From a virus: 64,000 bases of DNA. The stretch spans positions 1 through 64,000 of the IMG/VR virus record IMGVR_UViG_3300027509_000002. One strand, 5' to 3'. The notes under the pieces are model-generated. The model saw nothing but the letters and a program-made list of their open reading frames with translations. It was not told the origin of the DNA and searched no databases. Made by a program: the position numbers and the translations under genes. The stretch's first letter is position 1; every line of letters starts with the position of its first letter. Shown here piece by piece: positions 45,801 through 52,779 of this stretch.

Positions 45801-46281
45801 AACTAAAGATTTTGCTGACTGTATTGTATTTAATAAAAAGGCAGAGGTGCTATTGTTGAAAAGAGCAGATAATGGGAAGTATTGGCTACCAGGTGGAAGC
45901 GTGGACACTGATGACACCAATCATGAAGTAGCAGCCTTTAGAGAGCTTGTAGAGGAAACCAATCTAATTCCAGACATACACGCCTTTAGTGATACAAAAG
46001 TGGCTAAGAATGGCGGTAATATTTACGTATATGTAGTAATGCCAGAAACAGAAATGGTAGTCTTAGATCCAGATGAACATACTGATTTTGGTTGGTATAA
46101 CATGTCAGAAATTGAAGATTTAGCTATTTTATTCGGATCTCATGATCTATTAAGAGAAATGGTAGGTAAGGCTAAGCACACTCTTTTTGACAGCGTTGCT
46201 CAGGCAGCATTTAACTCTGGACAAATAACAGAAGATGAGTACCTTAATGGTCTTAGTTTTCTAAAGAACGGACACCTATAG
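42892..46281 (+). CDS. 1129-aa polyvalent protein with HExxH metallopeptidase-like motif and C-terminal Nudix domain
   Basis: NUMOD3-like SEETKRKISEALKGKKRG. HEVAH at 45373-45387. Nudix box LPGGSVDTDDTNHEVAAFRELVEETNL starts at 45892. Confidence 0.7.
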   Translation: MKDRFISQDSKGLEKEISVKTEEVVEKGHSNTKLVKKQVLVNRNGKSFYQTVYVNPETGEESDTPKGEEISPVLNGMEIIKYSDKAMLIKGDTYVNKEDLRAVKKEIGVGSWNAKLQGWIFPIKFKDTILGSLWSKQMEKGNEEKANAIKNQKNASLETGDLASIDGQVGVVEEEVSDSNGVKYNISLEDGNKLSGVSEKAISVDPETDDNKVAEAVNEANEFNRNKTAKKIYGIKPIENVHEYTLSDYLGLHGITQEEIDNAVAKLNSKKPAKKRSSFSGSSTSTRSTSGEPKELSRQQLISKLIYKHYQSVQKALNEGKSVSENVLSIYPDLTPQETEEKEEAVAEVPKEKEAMSEETKRKISEALKGKKRGGKEVEEWKEKLSALEVELEINQKEFYDFNRPEYSDPDYNERNVQLGELRTKIDGLKKSIHDTKNTIKALENGGSIMSVEDKLGNIHDNIPSFIGTSTEDVMYDEDTILNKEKPDFIPEMDEDLLERGKYMPDAIKIGADQYLVATRKYTESSRKTGERGYGEFVKEYNPNEPGYAVMSLDQLVLTQDYYITRAKAKNKQKAAKDNQRQLDHWNGLSDKRKEYYLMQRGLYRKLSAKKKKEISSEQWDSMSWQDREEHYKPIKKFGVKRVSVYSSDKTMASSFHSMYERFTDPEATRVNGAGKTLKRGEGRGYAHPIVVKEWNTLRNDLEIKSNDIRMYREELGDGTFSKGRETAYGDSGVSNALLDSHGLKVKRQNGDEISPKEIDEIKSSWEDVTKSFGPLKENAKEFGLKISHSGDKLMHARKALGLYTPAHKAIGVTAKVGQDQFSFTLGHEVAHWIDNSLGKKEGRRFASDNFESTAGQIAKTLREKMNGEKPSKYYNSTCECFARALEQYHAVESVGETAARGESGKPYFDMDYYASKSVYDNDIKPLIEKFLGENKEFFKSFGAMDITKGFIKTLMDAGSKFLGSDKKEKTKDFADCIVFNKKAEVLLLKRADNGKYWLPGGSVDTDDTNHEVAAFRELVEETNLIPDIHAFSDTKVAKNGGNIYVYVVMPETEMVVLDPDEHTDFGWYNMSEIEDLAILFGSHDLLREMVGKAKHTLFDSVAQAAFNSGQITEDEYLNGLSFLKNGHL

Positions 46282-46333
46282 TATATAACACACTGTTTCC
46301 CAACAAGTTGTGTAAATAAGATATAATGTACAT

Positions 46334-46360
46334 GCATGTTCACGTGAGCGTGTCACATGC
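46334..46360 (+). other. GC-rich hairpin in an intergenic region
   Basis: GCATGT/ACATGC outer stem and CACG/CGTG inner stem with a 4-nt loop. No T tract follows. Confidence 0.5.
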
Positions 46361-46398
46361 CATATATAGTCTTTGTAATCGGTTAATAATGACTTAAC

Positions 46399-46407
46399 TA
46401 TTTTTAT
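46399..46407 (+). promoter_or_regulatory. promoter-like TATTTTTAT box
   Basis: 15 nt upstream of ATG 46422. Confidence 0.3.
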
Positions 46408-46421
46408 ACAAAGAAACTATT

Positions 46422-49019
46422 ATGGAATTCCTCAATTTTGATAAAGACAACAATACATTCTTATTCAAGAATGAATATGATCACATAATTAGAAAATCAG
46501 CAAGCCAAGTAATTGAGCAACATCCTGATTTAGCTATTGAGATCACAAAAAATATATTTGATTTTGTAGAAAAGGGTGCAAAAGCAAACGCTGGCGAAAT
46601 TAGAGAGCATGGTGGTGTAAAGATGCAAAAATTAGCATCTGGAAAATGGGCTAAGGTAGGTTCATCTAAGGGCAAATCAGATGCCAAGGGAAGCGAATCT
46701 ATCCAGAATGCCATCAATGTACGAGAAAAGGCTTTAAAGATGGCTAGAGATAGCGGTAACGAAGGCATTATTTCTAAACTATCTACGCAGTTAACGGATC
46801 TTAAAGCTCAATTGAAGGGTGCTAAAACTACTGTAGAGAAATCAGCAGAGCAGGATTTAGAAAAAGCTACATACAAAGATACTCCTGAAAATAGAAAGTT
46901 AGGTAGAGTTGGTAAAGAATGGGGTGGAAAGAAAGAAGGACAAAAAAACACTGATGGATCACAATCTAGTGGCAAGACCGTTAAAATATCTGAGAATTTA
47001 CGTTTGGAGGGCACACCAAATAAAGAGTTTGCCGAAGGAATTTTAAGTGCTCTTAGGTCATACCCAAAAGGGCATCATGCTAGGCCATTTATGCCAAATA
47101 AAGAATATGGTTCTGTTTATGGTGTAAAACTGACAACTCTTAAAGAAACGACCGAAAAAGATTTAGAAAGATTGGAGATTTTTGCTAGAAAAATATTGTC
47201 TGACGATCCCAATATAAAAGTTAAAAAATCAGACGATCAAGACATAGAGAAAGCACAGAAGTATATTAGACGAACTGGAACGCCAGGAAACTATAAGTAC
47301 GAATATGCTGATTCAAAATCAAATGTAAGAGGCCACAAAAATACTGTAGTAGAATCTGATGAAAATAAGATGAAAATCTTACAGGGTCAATTAGAAGAAG
47401 ATACTATCAAAAGAGCAAAGGCAAAAGAAGAGGGTAATTCTACCAAAGAAGCACATTTTGATCATGAAGTGAAAAGGCTTAGAAAAGAGATTGGAGAATT
47501 GAGAGCTAACGGTACAGACGAAAAAAAGGAATTAGAGGCACATAAGGAGAGCGATAAAAAGACTCCAAGCCCAGAAGCGGTCTTTAAGGAAGTATATGAC
47601 AAATATAACGCTAAGGATTATTTTGGGGAAAAGAGCCGCATAGAGTCAGCCGTTAAACAGTGGAAGTCTTTTCTTGAAAGAGGTGATGAAGGTGCAAAAA
47701 AATATACTAAAGAAGACGTAGTGCAGCATATGGAACGTGCCATTGCAGCCGAGGCAAAGCACACTTTTGATACACTAAAGACAGCTATTGATAGTAAAGA
47801 TATAAACAAGTTAAAATCAAGAGTTCGTTATGATCAGCCATATACAAAAGAGCTTTTCTCAAAATTAACAGGTATTAGTGTACCCAGCACAAATGCACAA
47901 ATTAATACCATGCTGGACCAATTTGCATCCGACAGTAAAAAAAAAATTGAAAAATCAGATAGCCAAGAAATAGAAAAGGCTCAAAAAAAAGGGTACTACA
48001 GAACCCTAAAAAGTGGCAAAAAAGTATATGTTAAGCCACATCAAGATTCGAGAACAAAGAAAGAGGAAAAGACATTTGTAATACGATCTAGGGTAAAGGA
48101 TGCCAACAATAAACTATTAGATGACGTGCATGTATCTGTGCAAGCCAACAGTGCACAGGAAGCAGAAGAAAAAGCAGCAGCTAAGCTAAGTGAAAATCCT
48201 GCATACCCTAAAGATGGCAGATTGGAATTAGTAGATGTAAATATTGCTGATTCAAAGAGTTTAGAGCAAAAAAGGGCTCAGGGTAAATTAGACTTACTAC
48301 GCAAAAGAATCACTAAAGAAGTTAAGAAGCTAGAACAAAAAGATCTATTGGATATAGAACGAAAAATGATAGAGAGCACAGTTAAAGAATGGCAGAATTG
48401 GGCAAAAGAGTATGAGAAAGCTGCCAATAGCACTCCACTTCCAATAAAGAATATGCCTGAGTTTATGAGCTATTTGAACAGCTTCTACGGTAAAGATGGT
48501 GTATATCCAAATAAAATGGGGGAAGATGTCAAAGAATCTGATGTGATTGATGCTATTAAATATGCTGCATCAAAAGGATATAATTTTGACAATGGTGACA
48601 GTATGGATCGTGAAACGGTTAGAGACATATTAACTGAGCGAAATCTGATTGATCCTAATTATGACAATAGCCATGCCAATGAAGAGAAAATAGTCGTTCC
48701 TGCTGATGAAGCACCGAAACAGCCAGACCATACAGTAGCAAAAACTATTTTACAGCAATTGGGTGGAAGTCAATTTACGGCTATGACAGGAGCAAAGAAC
48801 TTTGGAGCAGATGCAAATAAGTTAATGTTTAAAATAGCGAAAAATGCCAAAAACGTAACTCATGTTTCCATCACTTTAAACGGGAAAGATTTATATGACG
48901 TGAAATACATTAATGTTAGAGGATCTAATATAAAGACCATGAGCGAAAGCAATGATATTTATGCTGATATGTTAGTAAACGATTTTGAACAAAATACAGG
49001 AATGTACACAAGAATTTAA
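46422..49019 (+). CDS. K/E-rich polyvalent-type virion protein 4 (865 aa)
   Basis: Internal repeat KSD(D/S)Q(D/E)IEKAQK. The module GYYRTLKSGKKVYVKPHQDSRTKK matches the 39597 product. Confidence 0.6.
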   Translation: MEFLNFDKDNNTFLFKNEYDHIIRKSASQVIEQHPDLAIEITKNIFDFVEKGAKANAGEIREHGGVKMQKLASGKWAKVGSSKGKSDAKGSESIQNAINVREKALKMARDSGNEGIISKLSTQLTDLKAQLKGAKTTVEKSAEQDLEKATYKDTPENRKLGRVGKEWGGKKEGQKNTDGSQSSGKTVKISENLRLEGTPNKEFAEGILSALRSYPKGHHARPFMPNKEYGSVYGVKLTTLKETTEKDLERLEIFARKILSDDPNIKVKKSDDQDIEKAQKYIRRTGTPGNYKYEYADSKSNVRGHKNTVVESDENKMKILQGQLEEDTIKRAKAKEEGNSTKEAHFDHEVKRLRKEIGELRANGTDEKKELEAHKESDKKTPSPEAVFKEVYDKYNAKDYFGEKSRIESAVKQWKSFLERGDEGAKKYTKEDVVQHMERAIAAEAKHTFDTLKTAIDSKDINKLKSRVRYDQPYTKELFSKLTGISVPSTNAQINTMLDQFASDSKKKIEKSDSQEIEKAQKKGYYRTLKSGKKVYVKPHQDSRTKKEEKTFVIRSRVKDANNKLLDDVHVSVQANSAQEAEEKAAAKLSENPAYPKDGRLELVDVNIADSKSLEQKRAQGKLDLLRKRITKEVKKLEQKDLLDIERKMIESTVKEWQNWAKEYEKAANSTPLPIKNMPEFMSYLNSFYGKDGVYPNKMGEDVKESDVIDAIKYAASKGYNFDNGDSMDRETVRDILTERNLIDPNYDNSHANEEKIVVPADEAPKQPDHTVAKTILQQLGGSQFTAMTGAKNFGADANKLMFKIAKNAKNVTHVSITLNGKDLYDVKYINVRGSNIKTMSESNDIYADMLVNDFEQNTGMYTRI

Positions 49020-49029
49020 TATATATAAT

Positions 49030-50721
49030 ATGACACCAAAAAATAATTTTAAATTTTATATCAACGCTGATATATCCAAAGCCAAAAATGGCAAGGATAT
49101 GATCATTCAGGGTATCGCTTCTACATCTGCTAAAGATTCACAAGGCGAATTCCTAGATCCTAGAACATTTGATTTGAATGATTTTAACTGGATTAACTGG
49201 AATCACAAAGGAAAAGATGATCCATCTACAATTATAGGTGAACCAATACATGCAGAAGTCAATGAAAAAAATGAGCTCTTTATTAAGGGTCTATTATATG
49301 ACGATGTTCCAATGGCTAAGGCTACTTACAAATTAATGAAGGCATTACAGAAGTCACCAACTGGAAACAGGTTAGGGATGTCTGTAGAGGGTAGAGTAAT
49401 CGAAAGAGACTCTATGAACCCAGCTAAGATATTGAAATCAAAGATCACAGGCGTAGCGATATGCCCAGTGCCAGTAAACGGTGCTACATGGACTGAACTA
49501 ATCACTAAGGGATATACAGAAAATGAGACTCCGATATACGATATAGATCAATATGCAGATAAAGAGGTCGAAAAAGCGATGTCTATTGAAGGCACTACAG
49601 GAGCTTTAGAGAACGAAGGTATTGATCGTAAATTAGAACATGAATCGGTGGAGGGTACAAAGAAGAAAAAGAAGAAAAAGAACGGGGAAACGGTAGATTT
49701 AAAGGTGTTAACTAAATCGGAAGCCTATAAATCTATATTTAATTATTTTTATATCAACGATATAGCGAAAGCTAAACAAATTTATTCTTTAATAGAAAAC
49801 ATTAGTATTATGGACAAACAACAAATTACTAAAGAAACAATTGAAAAAGCACTTGAAATTATCAAGGTTGCTGATTCTGTAGTTTCTAGTAACGAGGATG
49901 CTACATCGGATGTAGTTGAAACATCAGAAGAGATAGAAACTACTGCCGAAGCTACGGAAGAAGTTGAAAAGTCTGAAACAGAAAACATTGAAAAAGGTGA
50001 AAAAACAAACGATGCACCTGACAATGTAGAAGAAAAAGAAGCGGTAGCTGAAAAAGATGAAGATTCAGAAGAAGAAGATGAAGATGTGGAAAAAAGCATC
50101 TATAAGTCGGCTTGCAATTATGCCAAAAAACTATTTAGTAAGGGCATGGATGAAGATGAAATCAAAAAGGCTATGAGTAAAGTATATTCTAAAGATGTAA
50201 CTACAAAGGCATGTGCTTCTGTAGATATGGGAGCAAACGCTGCTGCTAACATGGGAGGAATTACACCACAAGGTAGTATCAAAAAATCTGAAACCATCGA
50301 GTTAGAAAAAAGTTTTTCTGCTATGGCTGACAAATTTGAGAATCTTTCTAAATCTTTTGAAGAAAAATTTGATACAATCAAAAAATCTTATGACAATTTA
50401 TCAGAAGAGAATTCTACTTTAAAAAATAGAATCAAAGAAATTGAAAATACACCGACTGCACCAAAGTCTCTTATCTCTAAATCATGGGCTGAAAGGTTCG
50501 AGAGTAAAATAAAAGAGGGTGGTGATATAGAAAAGGGTGAAATCTATAGTTTAAGCAATAAACAATCAAGAGAGGATCTAATCAACAAGGCATTTGAAAT
50601 GGCTATTGAAAAAGGAGATGACGATCTTTCTCGAATCGTAAAAGGCTTAGAGGCCACAAAACAGATTGACGATAGAGGTCAGGCTAAATTAAAAGCGTTA
50701 GGAATCAACGTATTACCGTAA
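49030..50721 (+). CDS. prohead serine protease (HK97/S78-like) fused to an acidic scaffold-like domain
   Basis: The N-terminal IIQGIASTSAKDSQGE..NWNHKG..RLGMSVEGRV has a His/Ser layout like S78 proteases. The C-terminal half is E/D/K-rich coiled coil. Start at ATG 49030. Confidence 0.6.
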   Translation: MTPKNNFKFYINADISKAKNGKDMIIQGIASTSAKDSQGEFLDPRTFDLNDFNWINWNHKGKDDPSTIIGEPIHAEVNEKNELFIKGLLYDDVPMAKATYKLMKALQKSPTGNRLGMSVEGRVIERDSMNPAKILKSKITGVAICPVPVNGATWTELITKGYTENETPIYDIDQYADKEVEKAMSIEGTTGALENEGIDRKLEHESVEGTKKKKKKKNGETVDLKVLTKSEAYKSIFNYFYINDIAKAKQIYSLIENISIMDKQQITKETIEKALEIIKVADSVVSSNEDATSDVVETSEEIETTAEATEEVEKSETENIEKGEKTNDAPDNVEEKEAVAEKDEDSEEEDEDVEKSIYKSACNYAKKLFSKGMDEDEIKKAMSKVYSKDVTTKACASVDMGANAAANMGGITPQGSIKKSETIELEKSFSAMADKFENLSKSFEEKFDTIKKSYDNLSEENSTLKNRIKEIENTPTAPKSLISKSWAERFESKIKEGGDIEKGEIYSLSNKQSREDLINKAFEMAIEKGDDDLSRIVKGLEATKQIDDRGQAKLKALGINVLP

Positions 50722-50724
50722 TCA

Positions 50725-50735
50725 ATTATATTTAT
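50725..50735 (+). promoter_or_regulatory. promoter-like ATTATATTTAT box
   Basis: 11-mer shared with the 16-mer boxes, 24 nt upstream of the capsid gene ATG. Confidence 0.35.
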
Positions 50736-50758
50736 AAATAAACTTAAAGTTAACAAAA

Positions 50759-52222
50759 ATGAACAACACTTTAGACGATATGCAAAACGGATTCGCTGGT
50801 GACGGTGGGCAAGATGCAGAGTACTTATTGAAAGCTATGCAAGCTGGTCACATCACAGGACGTGAAACCGCAAATCAGTCTTTAACGCAAGAGCCGTTAA
50901 AAGCTGAATCTTTAGAAAAGACATTGAAATTATTAGATCACAGAACAAGTGATTTAAAATTAATCAATGCAATGCCAAAAATGACTGCTTATAACACAGT
51001 TGAAGAATTTATTCAGTTAGAGTCTTATGGTAATCAACGTGGAGGTTTTTACGGGGAAGGAGAACTTTCTGATGTAGAAGATTCTAAGTATGTAAGACGT
51101 GCTGAAAAGATCAAGTACTTACAAGTAACTGGATCTGTAACTCTTCAAGCACAAATGGTGAAATCTTTTGTTCCAGCAATGGCTAAAGAGGTTTCTAACA
51201 AAGTAATGTGGATTCAGCGTAGAGCGAATACCTTTATCACTAAAGGAAACGAGAATATCGTTCCAGAAGAGTGGAATGGTTTATATGCACAGCATGCTTC
51301 TATTGGAACTGGTAGCGGTTTCTTATATAATAACCTTGATGCGTATTACGGATCAGAAGTTGTTGTAGATTTAAGAGGAAAGTCTCTTAAACAAGAGGAT
51401 GTAGAAGACGGAGCAGTAAGAGTAGATGCTAATTTTGGTATTCCAACTCACTTATTTGCTGCACCAGTTGTAATCTCTGCTTTAGCAAAAGATTATTACA
51501 ATGATCAGCGTATCTTAATGAACGGTGGTGGATATGACGGTGTTATTGGAACAGTTCCAAAGGCTATTTCTACTACTATGGGTGACATCACTCTAGGAAA
51601 CGATAAATTCATGGCTGCTGAGCCTGCTAAGTTATCATCTAATACTGCTACAAGTGTGAAAGCACCTGCTGCCCCTGTAGCTGATGCTTCACCTGCACTT
51701 GCTACTGATGGTTCATCTGTACTTGAAGCTGGTGAAGATGGCCCAGTATTTTATGCTGTGTCTGCCATCAATAGATATGGAGAGTCTGCATTAACAGTTC
51801 AAGGAGCTGCTGTAACTCTTACAGTTGGATCATCTGTAGATTTAGATTTCTCTGCTGGTGTAGGATCTGCATTCGCTGCAACTGCATTTAGAGTATATAG
51901 AACTAAAGTAAACGGTGCGAACACTGGTAAGTTTTACCCAATCTTTGAAGTATCTGCTGCTGAATTAGCTTCTGGCTATGATAGTGCTGCACCTGGTCTT
52001 GCAAGAGACAGACATAGATTACTTCCTGACTGTGAAACTGCATTCTTAGCTGAGATGACAGAAGAAGCAATGAGCTTTAAGCAACTTGCACCTGTATCTA
52101 AGTTAGACCTTGCTGTAGTTGGATTGAGTAGATCTTTTGTAGCATTCTTATTTGCAACGCCTCAGTTGTATGCACCTAAGAAAATGGTTAAGTTTGTAAA
52201 CGTTGGGAAAACTCTTAACTAG
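50759..52222 (+). CDS. major capsid protein (HK97-fold type)
   Basis: 487 aa, immediately after the protease/scaffold gene. Locally higher GC and Ala/Gly/Val-rich. A strong terminator follows. Confidence 0.75.
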   Translation: MNNTLDDMQNGFAGDGGQDAEYLLKAMQAGHITGRETANQSLTQEPLKAESLEKTLKLLDHRTSDLKLINAMPKMTAYNTVEEFIQLESYGNQRGGFYGEGELSDVEDSKYVRRAEKIKYLQVTGSVTLQAQMVKSFVPAMAKEVSNKVMWIQRRANTFITKGNENIVPEEWNGLYAQHASIGTGSGFLYNNLDAYYGSEVVVDLRGKSLKQEDVEDGAVRVDANFGIPTHLFAAPVVISALAKDYYNDQRILMNGGGYDGVIGTVPKAISTTMGDITLGNDKFMAAEPAKLSSNTATSVKAPAAPVADASPALATDGSSVLEAGEDGPVFYAVSAINRYGESALTVQGAAVTLTVGSSVDLDFSAGVGSAFAATAFRVYRTKVNGANTGKFYPIFEVSAAELASGYDSAAPGLARDRHRLLPDCETAFLAEMTEEAMSFKQLAPVSKLDLAVVGLSRSFVAFLFATPQLYAPKKMVKFVNVGKTLN

Positions 52223-52245
52223 AACTTATTAACATATTAATCATT

Positions 52246-52270
52246 AAAGCCCTCTTATGAGGGCTTTTTT
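52246..52270 (+). terminator. Rho-independent terminator after the capsid gene
   Basis: AAAGCCCTC, loop TTAT, GAGGGCTTT, then a T run. Confidence 0.85.
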
Positions 52271-52273
52271 GTT

Positions 52274-52282
52274 TATTTTTAT
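52274..52282 (+). promoter_or_regulatory. promoter-like TATTTTTAT box (context TTTTGTTTATTTTTATATAT)
   Basis: 24 nt upstream of ATG 52306. Confidence 0.3.
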
Positions 52283-52305
52283 ATATAAAATTTAATATAA
52301 CAATC

Positions 52306-52779
52306 ATGGTAAAATTAAAATCATTGTCAAAAGGCACTACTGGTCAAGCAATCATACTTCCTTTAGTTGGACAAGTTGAATTCGATACAGATAACTGTAT
52401 TGAAATAGATGAAGAATTAGTAGATGATCTTTTAGGCTTACAGTTCGGTATAGAGCTTGTAAAAGAAGAAGATGAAGAAGCAAAAGAAGAAGAGGTTCAT
52501 GTAGATGAAACTGAAACTGTAGAAGATGCAACAGATGCCATTAATACAGGTATAGATCCATTAGACGAAATTGAAGTAACGGAAGAAGCTATCAAAGAAG
52601 AAGTAGAGTCTAAACAGATGACAGAAGAAGAAATTTTTGAATATCAACAATCTACATTACAAGAATACTCTGTAAAAGACTTACGTTCTTTGTTAGAAGA
52701 TTTCCCAAAAGAAGAAACAAAGAAGTTAAAAAATAAGTCAGCAATCGTTAATTACTTAGCGAAGAAAAACTTATCTTAA
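52306..52779 (+). CDS. acidic protein with C-terminal HeH/SAP-like motif
   Basis: E/D-rich centre. The C-terminus YSVKDLRSLLEDFPKEETKKLKNKSAIVNYLAKK resembles Rho-N/HeH DNA-binding motifs. Confidence 0.4.
   Translation: MVKLKSLSKGTTGQAIILPLVGQVEFDTDNCIEIDEELVDDLLGLQFGIELVKEEDEEAKEEEVHVDETETVEDATDAINTGIDPLDEIEVTEEAIKEEVESKQMTEEEIFEYQQSTLQEYSVKDLRSLLEDFPKEETKKLKNKSAIVNYLAKKNLS

Noticed and set aside
43170-50381. Many 60-144-aa minus-strand ORFs within the polyvalent and protease genes, for example 43170-43604, 43796-44053, 44190-44556, 45648-45920, 46481-47014, 49782-50099 and 50118-50381.
   Set aside because: They are antisense shadows of GAA/AAA-rich (Glu/Lys) coding sequence. This gives stop-poor TTC/TTT-rich reverse frames, with Ser/Phe/Leu-rich nonsense translations.
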